A stretch of DNA of 64,000 nt from Bacteroidales bacterium. GTDB lineage: Bacteria > Bacteroidota > Bacteroidia > Bacteroidales > Tenuifilaceae. Under the pieces are notes generated by a model. It had not been told where the DNA came from, did not search any database, and saw nothing but the letters and a program-made list of their open reading frames with translations. The translations under genes and the position numbers were made by a program. Location: the NCBI GenBank assembly GCA_025361485.1, contig JANYLA010000162.1:3969-67968 (forward strand), given 5' to 3'. Below are positions 47,389 to 55,415 of the stretch, one piece after another. The first letter of the stretch is position 1. Every line of letters starts with the position of its first letter.

Positions 47389-47637
47389 ATGACAAAATAC
47401 TACGTAAGAGTAAAACCTCAGCTAACCGGAGAAAATGCCGTTCATAAGGAAACCTGTCCTTTTCTAGATGATATTAAGTTAAAAAAATACCTGGGCGAGT
47501 TCTCCACTTGTCAAGATGCAATCAATGAAGCGAGTAGATTTTTCCATCACTCCAAAGGATGTCCTTTTTGTACTTCGGAACATCTTAGCTTACAGCAAAA
47601 TCAATTACGGACTTGGTACCGCTTTTCGTTGACATAA
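47389..47637 (+). CDS. Small Cys-containing hypothetical protein
   Basis: 82 aa with a C-x(n)-C ... CPFC arrangement (KETCPF, STCQD, GCPFC) suggesting metal binding. No family recognised. Confidence 0.4.
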   Translation: MTKYYVRVKPQLTGENAVHKETCPFLDDIKLKKYLGEFSTCQDAINEASRFFHHSKGCPFCTSEHLSLQQNQLRTWYRFSLT

Positions 47638-47800
47638 GGCTTTCTTAAACATTTGTATTGCCTTAAATTAAAATAAACTTTATTAATCATTTATTGTTGA
47701 ACGGTTTACAAAGATCATACGAATTTTATTAAGAACGTTGAATATATTCTAACCTCGCATTTCGTAACTTAGGCAATTACTAAATCAAATAATTGTTTGT

Positions 47801-48535
47801 ATGAAGCTTCGATTACTAACTGTTTTACCAATTGTATTACTTTGTTTTAGACTAAGTGCTCAGTCATCCGACACAATAAAAACATCAAAAGGGAATCTAA
47901 TTATTCACTTTTTAGGTCATGGCACGCTGATGTTCGAGTTCAATGGGAAGATAATACACATCGATCCTTCCTCGAATGTAGCAGATTATGCAAAACTTCC
48001 TAAAGCGGATTTGATACTTATAACCCATCATCATGGAGATCATCTCGATTCTACTGCTTTAGCAAGTATTTATACAAAATCTTCATCACTCTACTGGACC
48101 ACTGAATGTGAAAAAACTAGCAAGTTTAAAGCGCTAGCAAGCGTTTTGCAGAATGGCGACAAGGTGATATGGAAGGGTATTCTAATAGAGGCTGTTCCTG
48201 CCTACAACATTGTTAATAAACGTCAAAATGGAAGTCCGTATCACCCTATGGGTGAAGGCAATGGGTATATCTTAACCTTTAGCAACAAAAGGGTTTATAT
48301 TGCAGGTGATACCGAGAATATTCCTGAAATGCTTAGATTTCGACCCATCGATATTGCATTCTTACCCATGAACTTGCCATATACAATGACCCCCGAAATG
48401 GTGAAAGATGCCGCATTGATGATAAATCCAAAAATTCTTTACCCTTACCATTATGGGAAAACTGATACATCAATTATTGTAGAATTACTGAAGGATACTC
48501 CGTCGATTGAAGTTAGGTTAAGGAAGATGGAATAA
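47801..48535 (+). CDS. Secreted MBL-fold metallo-hydrolase
   Basis: Signal peptide and HHHGDH metal-binding motif. Confidence 0.75.
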   Translation: MKLRLLTVLPIVLLCFRLSAQSSDTIKTSKGNLIIHFLGHGTLMFEFNGKIIHIDPSSNVADYAKLPKADLILITHHHGDHLDSTALASIYTKSSSLYWTTECEKTSKFKALASVLQNGDKVIWKGILIEAVPAYNIVNKRQNGSPYHPMGEGNGYILTFSNKRVYIAGDTENIPEMLRFRPIDIAFLPMNLPYTMTPEMVKDAALMINPKILYPYHYGKTDTSIIVELLKDTPSIEVRLRKME

Positions 48536-48568
48536 GCGAAGTTAAAAGTATAACCAAACCCTAATAGT

Positions 48569-49576
48569 ATGAAAGCACTAAAAATGATTCTTTACATCGT
48601 GATTGGCATTGTCACATCACTCTTAGTATTTGCATTTTTTCTTCCAGACAAGAAGGTCTTAAGCAACTCTATTATTATCAACTCTTATCCCCGACCTATT
48701 TACGGAATGGTTAATAGCCTTAAAAGTTGGGAGAAATGGTCGCCATTCAGCGAGATGGATCCTGCGATGGTATCTGAGTATAGTGGACCTGAATTTGGTG
48801 TTGGTTCACACCAAGCATGGAAAAGTGAAAAAAATGGGAATGGCAGCATGACTATCCTTGAGAGTATTTTTGAGAAAAAAGTAGTTTTAAACCTTGATTT
48901 AGATTACGGCGGAAAGGACTCAACCCTATTTATTCTTGAGAGAGTTCCAGAAGGAACAAAAGTTACTTGGGAAACTCGAATTACTAAAGCAGGTTACCCA
49001 ATGGGTCGACTGATGTGGGTTGCAATGGGGGGTATGATGAATAAAACCTTTTATCAAGGTCTAGAGAAACTTAAAAAAGTGGTTGAAAACCTACCTCCTG
49101 TTTGCAAATCGGGTGATGTAATGGAATCAAATGAACCTGAAAAAATTTACCTTACAATTACTGATACCCTTACAACTGAAAACATTGCTCAATTCTTTGG
49201 CGCTGCATATGGGAAAATCGGCGCTTTAATGAAAACCAATCAAGGTGTTAAAATGGTTGGTGCTCCGGCAGCTTTTTACAATGGCGATCCATCTAACCCT
49301 GTTTGGATTGTAACTGCCGCTATACCCGTTAACATGGAACCAAAAAAACTCACACAAGGGATTTCGGTTCTTAAAACACCTGCTCTGAAAATGGTTTCGG
49401 TGGTTCATTATGGTGATTATAGCACATCAAGCGATTCTTACTACAAACTTGAAGACTATATGAAGTCAAAAAAGTATGAGGTAATTGGCAATCCACTTGA
49501 AGAGTATATTACAGACCCAATGAATGTTAAAGATCCAATGATGATTGAGACCAAGATTAGTTTTCCCGTTAAATAG
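48569..49576 (+). CDS. Membrane-anchored SRPBCC-like + GyrI-like (effector-binding) two-domain protein
   Basis: N-terminal TM. The first half resembles polyketide-cyclase/SRPBCC proteins. The second half (YLTITDT...VVHYGDYSTSSDSYYKLEDYM...IETKISFPV) resembles GyrI-like/AraC-E-bind domains. Confidence 0.5.
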   Translation: MKALKMILYIVIGIVTSLLVFAFFLPDKKVLSNSIIINSYPRPIYGMVNSLKSWEKWSPFSEMDPAMVSEYSGPEFGVGSHQAWKSEKNGNGSMTILESIFEKKVVLNLDLDYGGKDSTLFILERVPEGTKVTWETRITKAGYPMGRLMWVAMGGMMNKTFYQGLEKLKKVVENLPPVCKSGDVMESNEPEKIYLTITDTLTTENIAQFFGAAYGKIGALMKTNQGVKMVGAPAAFYNGDPSNPVWIVTAAIPVNMEPKKLTQGISVLKTPALKMVSVVHYGDYSTSSDSYYKLEDYMKSKKYEVIGNPLEEYITDPMNVKDPMMIETKISFPVK

Positions 49577-49602
49577 TAAAACATAAGACTGACCTCTTAA
49601 GA

Positions 49603-49640
49603 AAAACCTGATTATCATAAGACAATCAGGTTTTCTTATT
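49603..49640 (+). terminator. Rho-independent terminator
   Basis: 11-bp stem aaaacctgatt / aatcaggtttt, followed by a T-rich tail. Confidence 0.75.
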
Positions 49641-49658
49641 CCTTAACTTGTATTTTAA

Positions 49659-51581
49659 CTACTTTTTCTTTTTAATTCCTATGGTTTTTGCAATATAATT
49701 GGGTGGAACAGTTGACGGAGGCACCTTAAAATCAAACCATTCAGATACATGCTCATCGAGTCCAACTCCATGCATAAAGTTATAAATTGATTTTTCGAGC
49801 CCCTTCCCTACTCTCTGATAATCGTATGTTGATTCTTCGATATATTCAACCTCGTTATTCGCATACGAGTTAGGCTTTAACGATACGCGCTTAACTCCAA
49901 ATAATTCTGGTTTTATACCCGAAGGGCTATGACAAGTCATGGCGTATCGATGCCAAAAGCCAGATTGAACCAATGCGTTTTCAAACAGTTGTCGAACAAT
50001 TTCAAGGGAATCGATTGTTTCCTGTAAAGTTTGAGTAGGAAATCCATACATAAGATACGTATGAACCATTATCCCTGCATCATGCATATTTTTGCAGCTG
50101 ATGGCAGCCTGCTCAACGGTAACGCCTTTGTTCATAAGTGCAAGCAACCTATTCGATGCAACCTCTAATCCACCGGTTAGAGCGATACAACCAGATTTTG
50201 CCATCAGGTGGCAAAGTTCTCTTGTAAAACTTTTCTCAAAGCGAATGTTGGTCCACCAAGTAACAGTAAGCCCTCGTTTGATTATCTCTTCAGATAACTT
50301 TCTCAGTAATGCTGGCGGTGCAGCCTCATCAACAAAATGAAAACCTGAACTTCGTGTTTGATTAATAACACTCACCATATTATCCACAATTGCTGAGGCA
50401 TCAAATGATTGATAATTTGAGATATAAGGTAATGATGTATCACAGAAAGCACACTTGGCCCAATAACAACCCCTAGCTAACTGCATTTTATTCCAAAATC
50501 CATTGCTCCATAAACTGTGCGTTGGATTAGGAAGCTCCATCAAGGAAAGATATTTCTCTACTTCAATTCCGTCGTAATCGGGTGCAGGAATCGCTTTCAA
50601 CTTTAAATCTTCGTCAACTCCATCAAAATACTTAATATCTCCATTCGGGTTAATCATTGTTTTAACCAATGGAGTTCGTTTATCATTCTCGTATTGAACT
50701 AATCGAAACAGTGGCAGCTCGCCATCATCAAAAATGATATAATCGGTGTATTTAAAGATTGATGTATCGCTAAGCACACGAAGCTCAGTGTTGATATAAC
50801 CCCCTCCAAGAACAATTTTCGTCTCTGGAAAATTTTCTTTTAAATATTTGCCACACCGAAGGGCGGCGTATAAATTGCCCGGAAAAGGCACAGTAAATCC
50901 AATAATCTTTGGCTTGTAAAGCTCAACCTTTTTATGAAGTAACGAAAGCATTAATCTATCGACAATATTTGGCTCTTTGCTCAGCTCTTCTTCAAGCGGA
51001 TTAAATGTTGGCAATGATAATGAGATTCGCTCAGCATATTTTGTAACTCCAAAATGAGAACAAATATTTTCACGAATAAAGTCAGCAATATCAAGGATAA
51101 AAAGAGTTGCCAAATGCCGAGCCATATCGGTTTTACCGATGCTACCAAACCACCAATCTAAATCCTCAATCTGGTTAAATCGTTTCCCTTCAGGTAGAAG
51201 TTCTCTCGTGCATATGCGCTGAGCAAGAGTATTATCATTGCCTCTTAAAAATTGCTTTACTGGTTCTATAAGATTGATACAATCTGTACTTTTTGACAAA
51301 ATTGATTTAGCAGTTTCCGTTTTGCTATTACTTATGATACTTTCAGATTGCAAAACCTCAGAAAGAAAATCCTTGCTCAAAACTGCATCAATTAGCTCAA
51401 TGCTTAAATCAAACTGCGTGGCTTCAATCTTATGAGCTCTTAAAAAGGCTAGTAGCTGCATTGTTGCAGGGTATGGCGCATTAATCTGCGTTAATGGGGG
51501 TGTGATTAGAAGTACCTCGGTATTCAATTTTTTGAATTTGATTTTAACAAAGGTATTGATTTTATTGTGGAGAAAATTCAA
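49659..51581 (-). CDS. B12-binding-domain radical SAM protein (class B-like), function unknown
   Basis: N-terminal VLLITPP... Rossmann-like B12-binding region. Cys cluster RGCYWAKCAFCD, followed by a radical SAM barrel. No in-frame ATG precedes the conserved N-terminus. The ORF-track start at 51581 is TTG, with an alternative TTG at 51527. Confidence 0.75.
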   Translation of the reverse strand: MNFLHNKINTFVKIKFKKLNTEVLLITPPLTQINAPYPATMQLLAFLRAHKIEATQFDLSIELIDAVLSKDFLSEVLQSESIISNSKTETAKSILSKSTDCINLIEPVKQFLRGNDNTLAQRICTRELLPEGKRFNQIEDLDWWFGSIGKTDMARHLATLFILDIADFIRENICSHFGVTKYAERISLSLPTFNPLEEELSKEPNIVDRLMLSLLHKKVELYKPKIIGFTVPFPGNLYAALRCGKYLKENFPETKIVLGGGYINTELRVLSDTSIFKYTDYIIFDDGELPLFRLVQYENDKRTPLVKTMINPNGDIKYFDGVDEDLKLKAIPAPDYDGIEVEKYLSLMELPNPTHSLWSNGFWNKMQLARGCYWAKCAFCDTSLPYISNYQSFDASAIVDNMVSVINQTRSSGFHFVDEAAPPALLRKLSEEIIKRGLTVTWWTNIRFEKSFTRELCHLMAKSGCIALTGGLEVASNRLLALMNKGVTVEQAAISCKNMHDAGIMVHTYLMYGFPTQTLQETIDSLEIVRQLFENALVQSGFWHRYAMTCHSPSGIKPELFGVKRVSLKPNSYANNEVEYIEESTYDYQRVGKGLEKSIYNFMHGVGLDEHVSEWFDFKVPPSTVPPNYIAKTIGIKKKK

Positions 51582-51592
51582 ATGGAATACTA

Positions 51593-51627
51593 ATTCTGAC
51601 GTCTAATGTCTAGCATCTGATGTCTGA
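51593..51627. repeat. Heptamer-periodic tract (NNTCTRA)x5, read as TYAGANN (AGAC-type) on the minus strand
   Basis: attctga cgtctaa tgtctag catctga tgtctga. Its reverse complement matches 41003-41026 at about 21 of 24 positions. Confidence 0.8.
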
Positions 51628-51639
51628 ATTTGGAAAAAG

Positions 51640-51775
51640 AGGTTGTCCGGTTATGCTGTCGGGGACTGGGACTGTGTGGTGGATTCGATGCATGTTGACA
51701 GTAAATCATTTTCCGGACAACCTGGGCTGCTGTTTACAGCAGAATATAGTAAAGATTCGGTTTGGGGAGAATCTT
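51640..51775 (-). promoter_or_regulatory. Three-hairpin structured element ending in a terminator-like stem plus U-tract, upstream of the radical SAM gene
   Basis: On the minus strand: aagattc/gaatctt (51752-58 with 51769-75), ctgctg/cagcag (51727-32 with 51737-42), then an 11-bp closing stem aggttgtccgg/ccggacaacct (51640-50 with 51713-23) with an inner ctgtc/gacag helix, followed by CUUUUUCC. Confidence 0.4.
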
Positions 51776-51956
51776 ATGTTTAATATAGTAGAGAAAAGTC
51801 TGCCACGAATATTGAGAAAACACTTAAATGAATTTATATCCCTGATTTACATGCATTAAAAAAATAAAAATATCTTATTGTCTTTTGAAAACACATGATT
51901 TTCAAGGAATATTTTCCACAGTTTGGGGAAAGTACAATACCAACTTTACACAATAG

Positions 51957-52679
51957 CTATTCTTGATGATTTGCAAGAAAATCAATTACTCTAATAATTT
52001 CTCTACTTAAAGCGAAAGAAGCTGATTCTAGGTTCTTAAGAAACTCCTCCTCTGTAGGGGTCGAATTATCTACTAAATCGGTAATTGATTTAATGGCAAA
52101 AAAAGGAATCTTATATAAATCGGCAACCCAAGCGATTGAGGCAGCCTCCATCTCTTTAACTACACCACCATATGATTTTATCATATCTAAATCTTTTTGG
52201 ATATAGTCGAGCGAGCTACCGGTTGAAACAACACCCGTTTTCAAGCCAAGAGAATTAGCAATCTCACGAGTATCGAAACAGTAATAAGAACCAACACCAT
52301 AGGCATCAAAACCTGGAAGGGGAATTCGTCTGTCGTGGTAACAAATCATTGGATAGCTAAGGTAAACATCACCAATATTACCTCCTGCGCTCATAAACCC
52401 ACCCGCAGTGCCGGGATTGATAATCAAGTCGGGATGAAGTTGACCAATTGCCGATGCGGTATTAAGAATAGCGGCTTGTGGTCCGATATGATCAACATTA
52501 TGCTTATAGCACTTGCCACTCGTTACCAAATCGACATTTAAGGATTTGTATTTGCCTTCATAAAACGCCATAGGAAGAGGGCTCAATAATTTTCCTTTAT
52601 GAATTAAATTGAGTTCATGAATGATTGACCTAGCTTCATCCTCCATGGCCATTATTAATACAATTCGTTTGAACTTCAT
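51957..52679 (-). CDS. mtnN: 5'-methylthioadenosine / S-adenosylhomocysteine nucleosidase
   Basis: PNP_UDP_1 fold. GTAGG and VKEMEAASIAWVA match the Pfs/MtnN catalytic region. Confidence 0.8.
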   Translation of the reverse strand: MKFKRIVLIMAMEDEARSIIHELNLIHKGKLLSPLPMAFYEGKYKSLNVDLVTSGKCYKHNVDHIGPQAAILNTASAIGQLHPDLIINPGTAGGFMSAGGNIGDVYLSYPMICYHDRRIPLPGFDAYGVGSYYCFDTREIANSLGLKTGVVSTGSSLDYIQKDLDMIKSYGGVVKEMEAASIAWVADLYKIPFFAIKSITDLVDNSTPTEEEFLKNLESASFALSREIIRVIDFLANHQE

Positions 52680-52721
52680 ATATATAGGTTTGGTGCTTAA
52701 AATATTAGTTGGTCAATTAAT

Positions 52722-52734
52722 TTACCTGAGGTAA
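52722..52734. promoter_or_regulatory. Perfect palindrome TTACC-TGA-GGTAA in the mtnN / lexA-like divergent intergenic region (candidate operator)
   Basis: Direct reading. It is about 45 nt upstream of the mtnN start. A CAAAAATA (minus-strand TAnnTTTG) motif lies at 52762-69. Confidence 0.25.
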
Positions 52735-52805
52735 TCTCTTTTTGCATTAACAATTAATTATCAAAAATAATAATAAAATCATTTGCATAGAACAATCATA
52801 TAATT

Positions 52806-52813
52806 TACATTTG
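52806..52813 (+). promoter_or_regulatory. Candidate -7 promoter element (TAnnTTTG) of the LexA-like gene
   Basis: tacatttg lies 45 nt upstream of the ATG at 52858. Confidence 0.35.
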
Positions 52814-52857
52814 CTTATATTTTAATCATTTATTTGATTACATAATAACACACTACT

Positions 52858-53664
52858 ATGTACTTCCACTCAAACCTTAAATTTTTAAGAAAGCGCAAGG
52901 GTTTAACACAAGAAGAATTTTCTGAAGCGCTTAAAATAAAAAGACCAACATTAAACAACTACGAGAACAAAGTCTCTCAACCAACGCTAAGCATTCAATT
53001 GGCAGTTTCCGATTACTTCGGAATTTCCGTTGATGTTTTACTCAAGGTTGATCTCAACACCTTTACCGAGTTTCAATTTGAAGAGCTAGAGAAGGGTTCC
53101 GATATCTATACTAAGGGAACAAACCTTAGAATTTTAACTTCGACTGTTGGAAGTGATAATGAAGAAAACATCGAACTTGTAACTGCGAAGGTAAAGGCTG
53201 GTTACATGTCAGGTTATGCCGATCCTGAGTATGTCAGCTCGCTTCCGGTTTATCGCTTGCCATTCCTGAAAAACGATCGTAAGTATCGTACTTTCCAAAT
53301 TAGCGGCGATTCGATGCTACCAATCCCTGATGGTGCTTGGGTAACGGGTGAATTCATTCAAGATTGGACATCAATAAAAACAGGCGAAGCTTGCATTGTT
53401 CTTACTCGAGAAGATGGTTTGGTTTTTAAGATTATTGAAAATCAACTTATCGAAACAGGGCATTTTGTGCTTTCATCTCTTAATCCACTTTTTCATCCCT
53501 TTGAAGTTAAAGGGCAAGATATTTTTGAGGTTTGGAAGTTTGTTCACTACACCACCGATCATCTGCCCGAAGGCAATGTTAGCATTGAACAGCTGATGAT
53601 GTCGGTTCAGAAACTTATCAAAGATGTTGATGAATTAAAACTAGAACTTAGAAAGAAAGAATAG
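52858..53664 (+). CDS. CI/XRE-type HTH + S24 peptidase repressor (non-canonical LexA-like of Bacteroidota)
   Basis: N-terminal HTH LKFLRKRKGLTQEEFSEALKIKRPTLNNYENK. S24 catalytic Ser in ISGDSMLP and Lys in GLVFKII. Confidence 0.8.
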   Translation: MYFHSNLKFLRKRKGLTQEEFSEALKIKRPTLNNYENKVSQPTLSIQLAVSDYFGISVDVLLKVDLNTFTEFQFEELEKGSDIYTKGTNLRILTSTVGSDNEENIELVTAKVKAGYMSGYADPEYVSSLPVYRLPFLKNDRKYRTFQISGDSMLPIPDGAWVTGEFIQDWTSIKTGEACIVLTREDGLVFKIIENQLIETGHFVLSSLNPLFHPFEVKGQDIFEVWKFVHYTTDHLPEGNVSIEQLMMSVQKLIKDVDELKLELRKKE

Positions 53665-53751
53665 AGAAGTCAAGGAAGTTAGAGAAGTTAAAGAAGTCAT
53701 AGAATGGTTGAATTTACTGTCAACTTTCAACTAAGAACTGTCAACTAATCC
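53663..53751. repeat. Purine-rich 9-mer periodic tract (RRRGAAGTY)x4-5 followed by a 7-mer periodic tract (TNNNAAC)x4, filling the whole intergenic region
   Basis: agagaagtc aaggaagtt agagaagtt aaagaagtc atagaatgg, then tgtcaac tttcaac taagaac tgtcaac taatcc, then ATG. GAGAAGT is also the unit of the array at 18058-18148 on the other strand. Confidence 0.8.
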
Positions 53752-55002
53752 ATGGAGACGCTAGATAAACTCAAAATCCTTTCGGCTGCTGCCAAGTACG
53801 ATGTTTCTTGTTCCTCAAGCGGAAGCAATCGGAAGAATACTGCTGGAGGATTGGGCAATACCTCGTTTGCAGGTATCTGCCATAGTTTTGCCGACGATGG
53901 GCGATGTATTTCACTCCTCAAAATTCTATTTACAAACCATTGCATTTACGATTGCGCATACTGTTCAAACCGAAGGAGCAACGATATTCAGCGTACAATT
54001 TTTACTGTCGACGAAGTTGTTGACCTAACCATAAATTTTTACAGAAGAAACTATATCGAAGGGTTATTTCTTAGCTCAGGAGTGGTTAAAAGCCCCGATT
54101 ACACGATGGAGCGTCTTGCACGAGTTGCACGAGATTTAAGAATTGTGCACCATTTCAATGGTTATATCCATGTTAAGAGTATTCCAGGTTCAAGTCCTGA
54201 TCTTATCAAAGCAGCAGGACTTTATGCCGATAGGCTTAGCGTTAATATTGAAATTCCATCGGAGCAAAACCTGAAGCTGCTTGCTCCAGATAAAAACTAC
54301 AGGAGCATTCTCGATCCAATGAGTTATATACGCAACGAGATTGATGTAAATAAAGAAGAACGTCGAAAGTATAGTAAAGCACCAATCTTTACCCCTGCCG
54401 GGCAAAGCACTCAGCTAATTATTGGAGCAACACCTGATACTGATAGCCAGATAATGCATCTATCATCATCCCTTTACTCAGAGAATAAGCTAAAAAGGGT
54501 TTACTACTCTGCATATAATCCTACGAATGAATATGATAAACGCTTACCAGCATTAACAACGCCTCCACTTCGCAGGGAACATCGGCTTTACCAAGCCGAT
54601 TGGCTGCTGCGATTCTATCAATTTAATGTTGATGAAATTGTGAATGATAATAACCCAAATCTTGATCTTGAACTTGATCCTAAGTTAGGGTATGCGCTAA
54701 GAAATCCTCATCTTTTCCCCGTTGATATCAATCGTGCCGATTTGCATATGATTCTTCGTGTACCAGGCATTGGACCAAAATCGGCTAACCTAATTCTATC
54801 GGCACGTAGATTCAGTAAGCTGAACTCGTTTCATCTGCAAAAGATTGGGGTGGTTATGAAGCGAGCACGATATTTTATTACCTGTCATGAACTTTCCAGC
54901 CCATCGATACAGGAAATAACACCATTGAGACTAAGAACGCAGCTAATGCAATCGGAACGCAGCAAGCAACCGACGGATGCGATGCAGCTATCTCTTTTTT
55001 GA
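53752..55002 (+). CDS. Putative DNA modification/repair radical SAM protein (TIGR03916-like)
   Basis: KYDVSCSSSG N-terminus, radical SAM cluster NHCIYDCAYC (CX3CX2C) and C-terminal helix-hairpin-helix VPGIGPKSANLIL. Confidence 0.7.
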   Translation: METLDKLKILSAAAKYDVSCSSSGSNRKNTAGGLGNTSFAGICHSFADDGRCISLLKILFTNHCIYDCAYCSNRRSNDIQRTIFTVDEVVDLTINFYRRNYIEGLFLSSGVVKSPDYTMERLARVARDLRIVHHFNGYIHVKSIPGSSPDLIKAAGLYADRLSVNIEIPSEQNLKLLAPDKNYRSILDPMSYIRNEIDVNKEERRKYSKAPIFTPAGQSTQLIIGATPDTDSQIMHLSSSLYSENKLKRVYYSAYNPTNEYDKRLPALTTPPLRREHRLYQADWLLRFYQFNVDEIVNDNNPNLDLELDPKLGYALRNPHLFPVDINRADLHMILRVPGIGPKSANLILSARRFSKLNSFHLQKIGVVMKRARYFITCHELSSPSIQEITPLRLRTQLMQSERSKQPTDAMQLSLF

Positions 55003-55008
55003 GATTAC

Positions 55009-55401
55009 TTATTTCTTATTCTTTGGAAATTCTATTAATTCAATCACCGCCCCGTTATGCTCAATCATCGCCACTCGCACATCGTTTCCTGGCGAATTCG
55101 GTGCAGTTATAATATTGAAGTTAAAACGACTTAGTTCAAAATCAATATCATCGACTTCGAATGCTATATGCGGAACGGCTTGAATTAATTCATTTACAGG
55201 GCTACCCTCCTCATATCTCATCCACTCAATCCCAAATGGGCTTTTATCGAACCCTCCAACATAAAGTTTATAGGATTCTAAATAGGTTTCACCAATAATT
55301 GGTTTGTTGGTTGGAATCCCAAGATGATGATACCTCCATCCCCATTTCTCAATGGCTAGTGGTTGCTCATGATCGTGCCGTTTATAATCACAGTTTTCCA
55401 T
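55009..55401 (-). CDS. VOC (glyoxalase/bleomycin resistance/dioxygenase) family protein
   Basis: 130 aa. HHLGIPT and PHIAFEVDD ... IELIEF resemble paired beta-alpha-beta-beta-beta VOC modules. Confidence 0.55.
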   Translation of the reverse strand: MENCDYKRHDHEQPLAIEKWGWRYHHLGIPTNKPIIGETYLESYKLYVGGFDKSPFGIEWMRYEEGSPVNELIQAVPHIAFEVDDIDFELSRFNFNIITAPNSPGNDVRVAMIEHNGAVIELIEFPKNKK

Positions 55402-55415
55402 AATGATTCCAGAAG

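Noticed and set aside
41348-47700. Prophage or integrative element at tRNA-Leu
   Set aside because: No integrase, recombinase or phage structural genes are present and there is no duplicated tRNA 3' end. Only the gene-content change is suggestive, so it is reported only as a low-interest observation.
51640-51745. SRP (4.5S) or 6S RNA
   Set aside because: The conserved SRP domain IV sequence (GGAAGCAGCC-type with a GNRA loop) is absent. The closed stem spans only ~84 nt, too short for 6S.
51620-51859. 79-aa plus-strand ORF in the mtnN / radical SAM spacer
   Set aside because: It has Cys/Trp/Gly-rich odd composition and is antisense to both neighbours. It coincides with stable hairpins, so an RNA structure is more likely than a protein.
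51582-51956. Cobalamin riboswitch controlling the B12-binding radical SAM gene
   Set aside because: The only GCCAC-like string (gtctgccacga, 51798-51808) is on the wrong strand and incomplete. No other B12-element features were recognised on the sense strand.
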